From assembly GCA_050247435.1 (NCBI GenBank), contig JBFWUF010000003.1, forward strand, positions 8,564 through 72,563: a stretch of DNA of 64,000 nucleotides, in the 5' to 3' direction. Positions 31,388 through 43,869 of the stretch are shown one piece after another (the stretch's first letter is position 1; the number at the start of each line of letters is the position of its first letter). This DNA is from Blastocatellales bacterium. GTDB lineage: Bacteria > Acidobacteriota > Blastocatellia > RBC074. The position numbers and the translations under genes were made by a program. The notes under the pieces are model-generated. The model saw only the letters and a program-made list of their open reading frames with translations. It made no database searches and was not told the DNA's origin.

Positions 31388-31602
31388 TGAGCATCTCCTT
31401 GTTTCGTATGTGACTTCGGAATTTACTGAAACGGTTTTGGGCAAGCGGATTCTATTTTTGAGCGAATGAAATGAGCAAGCGAATTGGGCAGATAGGCTAT
31501 GTAAATTTTATGTTACGAGGAGACAATGATTGTCAGACCATTAAGTCGAACCGGCAGGCGCCGGCGAGTTGTTTGCGGGAAGTGAAGGGCTGGTTGTAAG
31601 TG

Positions 31603-31662
31603 GAAAGCGGAACGCCGGCGCCCATTGATCGAGATTCGGCCACGGGCGCCGGCGTTCCGCTT
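31603..31662 (-). terminator. Long GC-rich hairpin (terminator or REP-like)
   Basis: aaagcggaacgccggcgccc ... gggcgccggcgttccgcttt perfect inverted repeat downstream of the 31684-32703 gene. Confidence 0.65.
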
Positions 31663-31683
31663 TAAAAGATTATCGCCGTTTGG

Positions 31684-32703
31684 CTAATTGCCAGCCGGAC
31701 TTTTCTCTTTCTTCACGAATTTATCAGGCGACAGCTTGGGATTGATCTTGATCTTGCTGATCTCCCACTCTTCATTTGGCGTTGTGCCTTCCATCTTGGT
31801 GATGCGGTGCGGAAGGTTCAGTCCGCCGACGCTCTTGTAATCAGCAAACGCCCAGCGGTAATCAACTTCAGGAGCTTTCTCGAATCTCTCCTGAAATTCT
31901 TTCATCCGGCGCTCGCGTTCTTCGGGAGTGAGTTCCGGGCGCTGGCCTTGTTGCCTCTGCGCGCCGCCCTGCGCATTGGCTTGTCCGCCGCTCTGCGCCT
32001 GGCCTTGCGGTGTACGCTGTCTTCCTTCTCGACCCTGGCCGCCTGGGCCGCGCCGCATCATTCCTCCGAAAGACTTGGCTTTGTAACTTAGCCCGATCAA
32101 TTGATGCGACTGCTGATCGAAGTACAGCCGCACATTCAGATTGCCGGCGCCCTTGCCGTCCAGCACGTCGAGTTTGCTGCCTTCTGGGCCTGGCGCCTCG
32201 CCGATGAAAGCATATTCAATCTGAGCCGACGCGGGAGCGGTCAGAAGGAGGCCGATCATAATCTGGAATAGTTCGCGGCGCTGGTTTAGCTGCGCATACG
32301 CGGCCATCGGGTTGTTGGCTCCGCCAGGGCCGCCAGGACCGCCACCCGCGCGCATCATCATGAAGTTGCCGCCACCCATTCCGGGAATAAAATCGCGCCA
32401 GGCTTCAGCGCCACTGAAGGCTGATATGTCAGTTCCGCGCTGGCTGGTCGTGGTCTTCCTGATCTTGTCAGGCATCATTATTTCGATTTCCAGTTCACTC
32501 TCCGTCTGGAAATCTCCGAACGTCTGCCGCGACGAGCCGGAAGCGGAGAGTCCTTGCAGTTCTTTTAACTTCTTTTCGTCGCCAATGGCGGCGCGAGCCT
32601 GTTTGAGTATCTGCTCGGCTTTCGCCTTAGCGTCGGGAGCCTGGGCCAACGCCAGGGCCGGGATTGAAATAGCGGCGATTATTGCCAGAATCAGTTTACG
32701 CAT
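31684..32703 (-). CDS. Secreted hypothetical protein with Gly/Pro/Gln-rich linkers (LolA-like fold possible)
   Basis: Signal peptide MRKLILAIIAAISIPALALA, AEQILKQARAAIG, FADYKSVGGLNLPHRI...KINPKL motifs. GAGGAG RBS. Confidence 0.8.
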   Translation of the reverse strand: MRKLILAIIAAISIPALALAQAPDAKAKAEQILKQARAAIGDEKKLKELQGLSASGSSRQTFGDFQTESELEIEIMMPDKIRKTTTSQRGTDISAFSGAEAWRDFIPGMGGGNFMMMRAGGGPGGPGGANNPMAAYAQLNQRRELFQIMIGLLLTAPASAQIEYAFIGEAPGPEGSKLDVLDGKGAGNLNVRLYFDQQSHQLIGLSYKAKSFGGMMRRGPGGQGREGRQRTPQGQAQSGGQANAQGGAQRQQGQRPELTPEERERRMKEFQERFEKAPEVDYRWAFADYKSVGGLNLPHRITKMEGTTPNEEWEISKIKINPKLSPDKFVKKEKSPAGN

Positions 32704-32720
32704 TTCGATTCTCCTCAAAT

Positions 32721-32827
32721 GTGTCCGGCAATCTGCCAGCTTGCCGCGGGCTTGCGGGAAAGAGTTGATGGATTTGAGATGGGGCGTCTCACGCGGGTCA
32801 TCGGCAAACTGGCAGCTTGCCGGACAC
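32721..32827. repeat. REP-like inverted repeat
   Basis: gtgtccggcaatctgccagcttgccg / cggcaaactggcagcttgccggacac. Confidence 0.7.
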
Positions 32828-32906
32828 TGACTCTTTCTCTATGCTACAAGACTTTCTGAATGATCGGTCGGTTTCATTACTTTTGCAGTAAAGCTTAGGA
32901 TTGGTT

Positions 32907-34310
32907 ATGACGCAAGGCGAGTCACAAAATTTTGATGGGGAAGTGTCGCCGGATATTCCGGTCGAACTGCCCGTGGTTGCGATCATCGGCCGCCCGAATG
33001 TGGGCAAGTCAACTCTGTTCAATCGCCTGATCGGCGCACGGCGTTCGATAGTCGGCGACATTCCCGGAATGACGCGCGATCGCATTTACGGCGAAGCCGA
33101 GTGGCAGAACAACGCTTTTCGTGTGGTGGACACCGGCGGCATTGTCCCAGATGACGAGGCGGTCATCCCGGCCAACATTTTCAAACAGGCGCGCGCGGCG
33201 ATTGAAGAAGCGAGCCTGCTGCTGTTCGTGGTTGATGTGCGCGACGGGATTACGCCGATTGACGAAGAACTGGCGCGGAGGCTTCGGACTTTGAACAAAC
33301 CGGTCCTCATCGTCGCGAACAAGGCCGATTCCGCGCGAGTGGCTGATTTCGCCGGCGAATTTCACAGGTTCGGTTACGAAGATGTCTTTCCAGTTTCGGC
33401 TGAACACGGCGCGGGCGTTGGCGATCTGCTCGACGCGATGATGGAGCGGTTGCCAGCGGTTGAACCGGTCGAACGCAAGCAGGATGAGATCAACGTCGCG
33501 ATCATCGGTCGTCCGAACGTGGGCAAGTCATCATTGATCAACAAACTGCTCGGACAGGAGCGCGTGATCGTCTCGCCGATCCCCGGGACCACGCGCGACG
33601 CTGTTGACAGCGTCTTCGAGGCGATAACCGGAGCTGAGAGCGAGGAGGCCGCCACGGTCAAGCTTCGGCTGATTGACACTGCCGGCATCCGCCGCAAAGG
33701 CAAGACGACCGAGATGGAAGAGAAGCTATCGGTCGTGATGGCGCGCAAACACATCGAGCGCGCCGATGTCGTATTGATTCTGATTGACGCGGTCGAAGGC
33801 GTGACCGCGCTCGACGCCAACATCGCCGGTTACGCGCACGAGGCCGGGCGTTCTGTCATCATCGTCGTCAACAAGTGGGACGCGGTCGAAAAAGACACCT
33901 ACAGCGTCTATCAGTACGAAGAGAAGATTCGCGACGCGATGAAGTTCCTGGATTACGCCCCAATAGTCTTCATCTCGGCGTTGACCGGCCAGCGCGTGGT
34001 CAAGCTGCCGGAACTGATCAAGCGGGCCAATGACGCGCGAAACTTGAGAATCTCGACCTCACAGTTGAACAAGTTTTTTGAAGAACATCTGGATCAGCCG
34101 CGCGCGACAATCTCGAATCGTTACAAGCTGAAAATTTTGTATCTGACCCAGGCTGGAATACGCCCGCCGACATTCGTGGTGTTCACTTCTGGCACGAAAG
34201 CCAAGCTGCATTTTTCTTACGAGCGGTATCTGGTTAACCGGCTGCGCGAGACTTTTGACTTCTTCGCCACGCCAATCCGCATCAAGCAGCGGAGCAGAAC
34301 CAGGAAATGA
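32907..34310 (+). CDS. der: Ribosome biogenesis GTPase Der (EngA)
   Basis: Two GRPNVGKS G-domains, DTGG/DTAG, NKAD/NKWD, C-terminal KH-like domain. Confidence 0.97.
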   Translation: MTQGESQNFDGEVSPDIPVELPVVAIIGRPNVGKSTLFNRLIGARRSIVGDIPGMTRDRIYGEAEWQNNAFRVVDTGGIVPDDEAVIPANIFKQARAAIEEASLLLFVVDVRDGITPIDEELARRLRTLNKPVLIVANKADSARVADFAGEFHRFGYEDVFPVSAEHGAGVGDLLDAMMERLPAVEPVERKQDEINVAIIGRPNVGKSSLINKLLGQERVIVSPIPGTTRDAVDSVFEAITGAESEEAATVKLRLIDTAGIRRKGKTTEMEEKLSVVMARKHIERADVVLILIDAVEGVTALDANIAGYAHEAGRSVIIVVNKWDAVEKDTYSVYQYEEKIRDAMKFLDYAPIVFISALTGQRVVKLPELIKRANDARNLRISTSQLNKFFEEHLDQPRATISNRYKLKILYLTQAGIRPPTFVVFTSGTKAKLHFSYERYLVNRLRETFDFFATPIRIKQRSRTRK

Positions 34311-34364
34311 AGAGAGATTCTTCAAACCGATCAAGTAACATCGAAAGGTAATCTCAAAATCACA

Positions 34365-35513
34365 GTGCAGCGCCTGACTTTTAACATCGAATACAAGGAT
34401 TCAACTACGCAAGCGCGCGCCGGGCGGATCAAAACCGCTCACGGCGAGATCGAAACACCCGTCTTCATGCCCGTTGGCACAGCAGGCACGGTGAAGGCCA
34501 TCACGCAGGAGATGCTCGAACAACTCGACGCGCGGATCATCCTCGGAAACACCTATCACCTGTTTCTTAGGCCCGGCCACGAAACCATCTTCCAACTCGG
34601 AGGATTGCACAAATTCATCTCGTGGCCGCGCGCGATTCTGACCGACAGCGGCGGGTTTCAGGTCTTCAGCCTTGGCGATCTGCGAAAGATCAGGGAAGAG
34701 GGCGTTGAGTTCCGTTCGCATCTCGACGGATCGAAACAGTTCCTCTCGCCGGAAGTTTCAATGCAGATTCAACACGCCCTCGGTTCCGACATCGTGATGT
34801 GCTTCGACGAATGCACGCCGTTTCCGGCCACACGCGAGCAGGCTCAGGATTCGCTGGAATTAACGGCGCGATGGGCGCGCCGTTCGCGCGCGGAATTTGA
34901 CCGATTGAAGGACACATCGCTATCAACCGCCATTAATCCCGCGCTCTTTGGCATCAATCAAGGCAGCATCTATGAAGATTTGCGAAGACAGAGTCTGGAT
35001 CAGTTGGTCGAGATTGGCTTTGAAGGCTACGCAATAGGGGGCCTCAGCGTCGGAGAAGAGAAGCGGCAGATGTACGACACCACTGAGTTCATCACTCCAC
35101 AACTGCCCGCCGACAAACCACGTTATTTAATGGGAGTAGGCACGCCGGAAGATTTGATCGAATGCGTGGCGCGCGGGGTGGATATGTTCGATTGCGTGAT
35201 GCCCACGCGAAATGCGCGCAACGGCCAGGTTTTCACTTCGCGCGGGAAGATGAACATCCGAAACGCGAGGTTCGGGCGCGATGAACGCCCGCTGGACGAA
35301 GAGTGCGAATGCGCGGTCTGCCGGCGTTATACGCGCGCTTACATCAGGCATCTGTACAACTGCGGCGAGATGCTGGCTTCAACGCTCTGCTCATACCATA
35401 ACCTGGCCTTCTATCTTGACAGCATGAGGTTGATCAGGCAATCTATGGCGCTTGGCGAGTTCGCCCAATTTCGCGCATACTACCTGAGCAAGCTTCAAAG
35501 CGGTTCGGAGTAG
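34365..35513 (+). CDS. tgt: tRNA-guanine transglycosylase
   Basis: TPVFMPVGT, TDSGGFQVFSL, GGLSVGE, DMFDCVMPTRNARNG, CECAVC zinc site. Confidence 0.97.
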   Translation: MQRLTFNIEYKDSTTQARAGRIKTAHGEIETPVFMPVGTAGTVKAITQEMLEQLDARIILGNTYHLFLRPGHETIFQLGGLHKFISWPRAILTDSGGFQVFSLGDLRKIREEGVEFRSHLDGSKQFLSPEVSMQIQHALGSDIVMCFDECTPFPATREQAQDSLELTARWARRSRAEFDRLKDTSLSTAINPALFGINQGSIYEDLRRQSLDQLVEIGFEGYAIGGLSVGEEKRQMYDTTEFITPQLPADKPRYLMGVGTPEDLIECVARGVDMFDCVMPTRNARNGQVFTSRGKMNIRNARFGRDERPLDEECECAVCRRYTRAYIRHLYNCGEMLASTLCSYHNLAFYLDSMRLIRQSMALGEFAQFRAYYLSKLQSGSE

Positions 35514-35604
35514 TTAATCAGAAATAGAATAGGCTCCTCGCCGCGTCTCAAGCTGTTAGAGTTGAGACGAACAATCTTGCAAAGAAGGTAAACCTGCCCT
35601 GGTG

Positions 35605-35934
35605 ATGTCACAGCAAATCGCACTGATTCTATTTCAAGGACAAGCCAGCCCGTTCGGGATGTTGATCCCGATGGTTCTGGTCTTTGTGCTCTTCTATTTT
35701 CTGATCATCGTGCCCCAGCGCAAACGCCAGCGCGCTGTTGACGAGATGCTCAACAACCTGAAGCAGGGTGACAAGGTAGTGACCACCGGAGGGCTTTACG
35801 GAACGATCGTTAGCGTCCGTGACGATAAGCGCACAGTGCAGCTAAAGATCTCGGAAAATCCCGTCATCAGGGTTGAAGTCGCCCGCACGGCGATCTCCGG
35901 CATGCAGGACGCGCCAGCGGAAGAGAGGAAGTAG
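35605..35934 (+). CDS. yajC: Preprotein translocase subunit YajC
   Basis: FYFLIIVPQRKRQ and LKQGDKVVTTGGLYGTI. Canonical tgt-yajC-secD-secF order. Confidence 0.95.
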   Translation: MSQQIALILFQGQASPFGMLIPMVLVFVLFYFLIIVPQRKRQRAVDEMLNNLKQGDKVVTTGGLYGTIVSVRDDKRTVQLKISENPVIRVEVARTAISGMQDAPAEERK

Positions 35935-36064
35935 AAAAGAAGTAGTGAGGCAAGCGCAACCCGCATTTCTTCTCACTTCACCCATTTCCACAATCAGATT
36001 TCAGAGAGACGCCGCTTGTCGAAGCTGTTAGCCTGGCTCGATTAAAGTGGTTGTTTATAGCCTT

Positions 36065-37717
36065 ATGAGCAAAAATCTTCGTATACGCGGCATCATCATC
36101 ACGGTAGTCACTTTGCTGTGTCTGATCGTAATGTTCGGGCCATGGAATAAGCCGAAAGACTACAGCGTCAAGGCGGCCGATTTTTTCAAGCCTTCAAATC
36201 TCAAGCAGAATTTGTCGGATAACATACGACTCGGTCTGGACCTCAAAGGCGGCACGCACCTCGTACTGCAGGTGCAGGTTGACGAGGTGATCCAGAACAT
36301 CACCAATGGCAATCGCGATAAGGCCGAAGACGAACTGAAGAAGGCCGGCATTCAATTCAACGCCGTGAAGGCGCCAGCCAGCGGTCTGGTTGTTATCGAA
36401 ACTCCCGACACTTCCAAGCATAGCGAGATTCGCGAAAAGATCCTGCCGTTCTTCGGCAGTGACGCCTGGACTGTCTCGACGAGCGCCAATCCGGCTTCGG
36501 TGACCTTCAGTCTCAACAAGGCCGCCGCCGATATGTTCCGCCGCGAAGCCACCGAACAGGCCAAGATCATCATCGAGCAGCGCGTTGATCAATTCGGCGT
36601 CGCCGAACCGACGATCCAACGCTATGGCCGTGAGGAGAATCACCAGATTCTCGTGCAGATGCCGGGTGTTGATAATCCTGAGCGGGTTAAAGACCTGCTC
36701 AGAACCGACGCCCGATTGGAGATCAGAGCCGTCGCGTCGCCTGCGAATAAATACACCACCAGAGAAGAAGCGGAGGCCGCGCTGGCCGGAGCGACCGACA
36801 AGGAAGTTTTGAAGTACAACGAAAAACGCGGTGACGGAACGACGGACGAAGGTTTTTATATCGTCGAAAAAAGTCCGGTGGTCACCGGGGCTGACTTGCG
36901 CGAGGCGCGCGGCGTTCAATCCCAGACGGGGTTCGGCTACGAGGTAGCCTTCTCGCTCAAGCCTGTCGGCGCTGAAAAGTTCGGGAAATGGACGGGAGAT
37001 AACATCGGCAACTATTTGGCCGTCGTGCTTACCAACGAGATCAAGAGCGTGGCGGTTGTCAGATCGAGGATTGACGACAGCGGACGCATCGAGGGTAATT
37101 TCACTCAGCAACAAGCCGAAGACCTCGGTCTGGTGTTACGGTCAGGAGCCTTGCCCGCGAAGGTCGTTTACCTGGAAGAACGCACGGTCGGCCCTTCGCT
37201 GGGAGCCGAGTCTATCAGACAAGGGCTGATCGCATTGCTCGCGGGTGTGGTTTTCGTCGCAGGTTTCATGCTCTTCTACTACCGGCTGTCCGGTCTCAAC
37301 GCGGTGATCGCTCTCATCCTCAACCTGGTGATTTTGCTGGCCGGGCTGGCTGTCTTCAACGCCACCCTGACGTTGCCCGGGATCGCGGGTGTGATTCTCG
37401 GCATCGGTATGGCGGTGGACGCGAACGTGCTGGTCTTTGAGCGCATCCGCGACGAATTGCGCGCGGGCAGAACGGCGTACGCCTCGATGGAAGCGGGCTT
37501 CTCCAAGGCTCTGGTGACGATCATTGATACGCACGTGACGACCATAGTGTCGGCGGCGATTCTCTATCTCTTCGGCACCGGGCCGATTCGCGGCTTCGCG
37601 GTCACGCTCGTCATTGGGTTGCTGGCGAACCTCTTCACGGCCGTCTACGTTTCGCGCACCATGTTCCTCTGGGTGCTGAATCGTGGCGGTCGAAAGGCGG
37701 AGACCATAAGCGTCTAG
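36065..37717 (+). CDS. secD: Protein translocase subunit SecD
   Basis: LGLDLKGG, RVDQFGVAEP, LRSGALPA, TVGPSLG, GMAVDANVLVFERIR. Confidence 0.97.
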   Translation: MSKNLRIRGIIITVVTLLCLIVMFGPWNKPKDYSVKAADFFKPSNLKQNLSDNIRLGLDLKGGTHLVLQVQVDEVIQNITNGNRDKAEDELKKAGIQFNAVKAPASGLVVIETPDTSKHSEIREKILPFFGSDAWTVSTSANPASVTFSLNKAAADMFRREATEQAKIIIEQRVDQFGVAEPTIQRYGREENHQILVQMPGVDNPERVKDLLRTDARLEIRAVASPANKYTTREEAEAALAGATDKEVLKYNEKRGDGTTDEGFYIVEKSPVVTGADLREARGVQSQTGFGYEVAFSLKPVGAEKFGKWTGDNIGNYLAVVLTNEIKSVAVVRSRIDDSGRIEGNFTQQQAEDLGLVLRSGALPAKVVYLEERTVGPSLGAESIRQGLIALLAGVVFVAGFMLFYYRLSGLNAVIALILNLVILLAGLAVFNATLTLPGIAGVILGIGMAVDANVLVFERIRDELRAGRTAYASMEAGFSKALVTIIDTHVTTIVSAAILYLFGTGPIRGFAVTLVIGLLANLFTAVYVSRTMFLWVLNRGGRKAETISV

Positions 37718-37792
37718 GCAGGGAGATCGAAACCGAAGCGCCCGGCCTGAGCTGGAACTATTGGTATGGATCCCGGAATGTGAGATTAGGTT

Positions 37793-39289
<1,497 letters not shown>

Positions 39290-39295
39290 ACTGGT

Positions 39296-39336
39296 TTGCG
39301 ATTGTGGGACACAGCCAAATTGTCCCACGATCGCAA
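39296..39336 (+). terminator. Hairpin after secF
   Basis: ttgcgattgtgggaca...tgtcccacgatcgcaa. Confidence 0.6.
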
Positions 39337-39467
39337 TTGCAGGCTGATCCATCAGTCGTCAGAGGCAACGGTAATTTAGTTCCTTACATGCCCAGAATTG
39401 GCCTGATAAGTTGGTGATAACAGCCCGTTAAAGTGGCGACTTGGTAATACAAAAATTGCAAAACGTC

Positions 39468-39497
39468 TTGACTTGGGTATAAGCCGGATAGTAGACT
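39468..39497 (+). promoter_or_regulatory. Candidate sigma70 promoter for the tonB operon
   Basis: TTGACT-N18-TAGACT with an A-rich upstream element. Confidence 0.5.
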
Positions 39498-39924
39498 CCG
39501 CAGCGTTGCTGACCTGTCAAATAACGTTGTATTCAATATTAGGCACAAAAGAATAATAAATTTTGCGTTGAAGCTTACGCTCGTAGGGCGAGGTTCCCTG
39601 AACGAGACGTTGTTTGTTCCTGGAATAACTCCTGTTCATCTCGTCCAAAGTAAAGCTAAGTCTGTCTGAGGGTGGTGGGAGAGCGTGAAGCTCGGATTTG
39701 ACGGTTTCAAAGTAGAGGCGGTTCGCCTCAATCAAGATCATAACTCGGAATCATAAACTTTAAGCAGAGTTGTCAGCAGAGTCGTATGAAGACCCTGCGC
39801 CGTCTCTTCACACACATCGAGTAGATTCGGATCAAAAGAGTCTGCGATGGGTAGGAAGGGGTTAAGGCGGGCCTTTATTCGCTATTGATCCATCGGCGTT
39901 GAACTCAAGGGAGGGCGATAAGCC

Positions 39925-40677
39925 ATGTTCGATACCTTAGTTGAGTCGTCCAAACACGGCAAGGACAACAACAGAACGGGTATGTTCCTGTTCGTCACGG
40001 GCGCTATTTACGCCGTGGGGTTGTTGGGAATAGCAGTGGGGACGATTGTTTACATGAATCCTGGGCTTGTGGATGCTTTTGACGTTGCGGCCATGATTGC
40101 GCCGCCACCGCCACCTGCGGCGCCACCGCCGCCTGCGGCGGCAACCCCTGTCAAGGTTACCCCGGCGCCAACTACCTTTACAGCTCCTGTCAAGCCACCC
40201 GAGAAAATCCCAGATCCAACAACCATTGTATCCAGACCAGTCGTGACTGCATCAGCGGGCGTGCCCGGTGGCGTGCCCGGTGGAGTGACTGGAGGCGTAC
40301 CGGGTGGAACCTCAAGGGGCGATGATGCGCCACCGCCACCGCCACCGCCACCGCCGCCGGTTCCGACGCCCACGCCTCCGCCGCCTCCCAAGAAGATCAC
40401 CGTGTCTGGTGGTGTGTTGCAAGGATCGGCCATCAGAAGGGCTCAACCGCCTTATCCGCCAATAGCGAAAGCGGCGCGCGCCTCAGGAGCTGTGCAAGTG
40501 CAGGTCACAATCTCTGAAGAAGGCCGGGTCATTGAAGCCGCAGTCATCAGCGGTCATCCGTTGTTGCGAGACGCCGCATTGCAGGCCGCCAGGCAATGGG
40601 TGTTCAAACCCACGGAACTATCGGGCGTTCCTGTGAAGGTACAAGGCGTTCTAACCTTCAACTTCACGTTGCAATAA
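39925..40677 (+). CDS. tonB: Energy transducer TonB
   Basis: N-terminal TM helix, poly-Pro linker, GVPGG repeats, TonB C-domain (PPYPPIAKAARASGAVQVQVTI...AARQWVFKP). Confidence 0.93.
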   Translation: MFDTLVESSKHGKDNNRTGMFLFVTGAIYAVGLLGIAVGTIVYMNPGLVDAFDVAAMIAPPPPPAAPPPPAAATPVKVTPAPTTFTAPVKPPEKIPDPTTIVSRPVVTASAGVPGGVPGGVTGGVPGGTSRGDDAPPPPPPPPPPVPTPTPPPPPKKITVSGGVLQGSAIRRAQPPYPPIAKAARASGAVQVQVTISEEGRVIEAAVISGHPLLRDAALQAARQWVFKPTELSGVPVKVQGVLTFNFTLQ

Positions 40678-40885
40678 AAACGCCTGAATCCGTTCGGAAC
40701 TTATCGCCCTGTCCGGTGTCTACAGCCGGTGATGAACGCAGCCCGCTGCTTACCACTCACGGGTAGGTTTCAGCGCGGCGCCTGGAAGGTTTTCACTTTT
40801 CGTTTTTAACAGTTTGGGCTGCCTATGACTTTCTGGGTAGCCGGCAATTCAAATTCAGCAACCACTATTGGAGGGTTTCGATATC

Positions 40886-41638
<753 letters not shown>

Positions 41639-41790
41639 AAGTTTCGGATGAAGCATCCTTCCAATAGCCAATCTCGCCATCTCAAGCTTGAAGCGCATCG
41701 TAATACTTCAAGCTTGAGATAGGTGAGTTCGTTAAGAAGGACGTATTCTGATCTCGCCAAGTGTTTGGCGTATATTTGGAGGAAAAAGCC

Positions 41791-42225
41791 ATGGCTATGA
41801 GTGCCGGGGGCGGAAGTGAACTGAATTCAGAGATCAACGTTACGCCGATGGTGGACATTATGTTGGTGCTGTTGATCATCTTCATGGTTGTTACGCCTCT
41901 GCTCCAATCCGGTGTCACGGTCAACCTTCCGAAAGGGAAAAACCCAGATGAGGAAGGGGATATTACAACCGATACAGCAGTGGTTGTTTCAGTTCCGGCT
42001 GCAGGTTCTTACCACGTCGGTCGCGATCAGGTACCGAAGGACAAGTTGATTGATACGATCAAAGTCCGAATGAAGCTGCGTAAACCGGACGACCCGCAAG
42101 TGGTTTACATCAGAGGCGGGGTTGGCGTGCCTTACGGTGAGATTGTGGATGTGATCAATTTCATTCGTGAAGCTGGGTTCGACCAGATCGGACTGGTGGC
42201 AGACAAACTGAAGCCGAACGAATAA
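41791..42225 (+). CDS. exbD: ExbD/TolR family protein (copy 1)
   Basis: EINVTPMVDIMLVLLIIFMV with the conserved TM Asp. GGAGG RBS. Confidence 0.92.
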   Translation: MAMSAGGGSELNSEINVTPMVDIMLVLLIIFMVVTPLLQSGVTVNLPKGKNPDEEGDITTDTAVVVSVPAAGSYHVGRDQVPKDKLIDTIKVRMKLRKPDDPQVVYIRGGVGVPYGEIVDVINFIREAGFDQIGLVADKLKPNE

Positions 42226-42269
42226 TAGAGCCGCAGATGATAAGTTTGCTGAAAAGGAGATAGACAGAT

Positions 42270-42704
42270 ATGGCAATGGGCGGAGGCAGCAGTAAGGAAG
42301 CGGTGCCTTACATCAACATGACGCCTATGATTGATATTTTGCTTGTGCTATTGATCATCTTCATGGTCATCAGCCCGCAAAAGCCGCATCGGTTCGAAGC
42401 GAAAATTCCTGAGAAACCGCCGGAGAATATGCAGGAGCAGCCGCCGGATCCGTTGAGCCTGTTGATTACGATCCCAATGAACGGTGACGCATATAAATTG
42501 AACACCGAGGAACACAAGGGATTGAAAGCTCTGGGAGATCGTCTCCTGAAGGCGCTCGATGGGCGCCCGCAGGATCGCAAGGCGGTGTTTATCAAAGGTC
42601 CCCGAGCGCTCAACTATGGTGAAGTCGTGAAGATCATTGACGTCGTCAAGCAATCCGGGGGATCGCCGATCGGTCTTCAGATCGAAGGCCTCGACGAACG
42701 ATAA
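42270..42704 (+). CDS. exbD: ExbD/TolR family protein (copy 2)
   Basis: INMTPMIDILLVLLIIFMV. AAGGAG RBS. Confidence 0.9.
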   Translation: MAMGGGSSKEAVPYINMTPMIDILLVLLIIFMVISPQKPHRFEAKIPEKPPENMQEQPPDPLSLLITIPMNGDAYKLNTEEHKGLKALGDRLLKALDGRPQDRKAVFIKGPRALNYGEVVKIIDVVKQSGGSPIGLQIEGLDER

Positions 42705-42857
42705 TCCTTAGGAACTGATTGGCCGGGCGGATTCGCGGATTAGCGCGACTTCCGCTCCAGGCTGAGATTTTCTGGGCCGTAACGCAAAAGGACTGTGAAG
42801 TTGCGCGCCCGTCATCATAAACCACAATCTTCAACTGGGAGAGTTCCCGAAGCTGCT

Positions 42858-43736
42858 ATGAGAGTCTTCCGAAATTCCACTACCGCGCTGATGTTAGCCG
42901 TGATCGTAGCGCTGGCGATGCTGGGCTCGGGTTGCGAGTATGCCAGAAAAGTGATTGCCAAGGACAAGCTCAATCAAGGCGCAATTTATTACAACCAGGG
43001 AAATACGAAACAGGCCCAGGAATTTTTCAGGGACGCGACTGAAACCGATCCGACCAACCCGATTACTTGGCTTTATCTGGGCGCCACTCTGGTCAAGGAC
43101 TATAAAAAAGAGATAGATGAGAACAAGAAAAAGGAGATCGCCAATCAAGCTCTGGATGTTTACAAAAAAGCCCTGGAGCTTTCCGGCAACAACTGCATCT
43201 CCATAGACAACGCTCTCAGCTATATTGCGACCATTTATGACGACATGAATAACGTTGATGAATGGCGCAAGACGATGGAGGCTCGCGCCACGAACGAATG
43301 CACAAAAAAAGATGCCAAGGCCCAGTCTTACTATTCGATAGGCGTTAAATACTGGCAGTGCTCTTACGATCAAACTACTCGTTATCAGGACAAGGTCGCC
43401 GCCCTCAAAGACCCGTTCCATTACCGCAGCTTTGAAGCCAGAGCGGATTTTGCCGCTGAGGCTCTTGCTGACAAGCAGAAGGCTGAAGCATGCGTGGTCA
43501 AGGGGTTGGAAAACATCGAGAAGGCTTTGGAGATTAATCCTGAATACGTTGACGCGAAGTTTTACAAAGGCCTGCTTTATCGTGAACGTCAAAAAATGAC
43601 CAAGGAAGACGCCAAGCGCAGAGAGTTGGATCAGATAGCGGTCAAGATTGCCAAGGAGGCGACCGACTTGCAGAAAAAGATGGAAGAAGCCGCCGCTCAG
43701 CAGAAGGCGCAGGAACAGGCGGCTCCGAAAGGTTAG
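42858..43736 (+). CDS. TPR-repeat lipoprotein
   Basis: Lipobox-like LGSGC after a hydrophobic stretch, TPR helices (NQGAIYYNQG..., EKALEINPEYVDAKFYKG). Confidence 0.85.
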   Translation: MRVFRNSTTALMLAVIVALAMLGSGCEYARKVIAKDKLNQGAIYYNQGNTKQAQEFFRDATETDPTNPITWLYLGATLVKDYKKEIDENKKKEIANQALDVYKKALELSGNNCISIDNALSYIATIYDDMNNVDEWRKTMEARATNECTKKDAKAQSYYSIGVKYWQCSYDQTTRYQDKVAALKDPFHYRSFEARADFAAEALADKQKAEACVVKGLENIEKALEINPEYVDAKFYKGLLYRERQKMTKEDAKRRELDQIAVKIAKEATDLQKKMEEAAAQQKAQEQAAPKG

Positions 43737-43791
43737 TCCAGCCAGGCGATTTCGCGAAGATTCAAGTTTCAAGTCAGGACTTAAACCATTG

Positions 43792-43828
43792 CAGCCAGCG
43801 CTGGAATATGACAGCGCTGGCTGTTTTT
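43792..43828 (+). terminator. Intrinsic terminator of the tonB operon
   Basis: cagccagcgctg...cagcgctggctg followed by TTTTT. Confidence 0.8.
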
Positions 43829-43869
43829 CATGTGGGGGCCGATTTCGCGGCCAATTGACGAGTGGTTGC

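Noticed and set aside
40090-40390. CCG/CCA repeats in tonB
   Set aside because: Ordinary poly-proline periplasmic linker of TonB.
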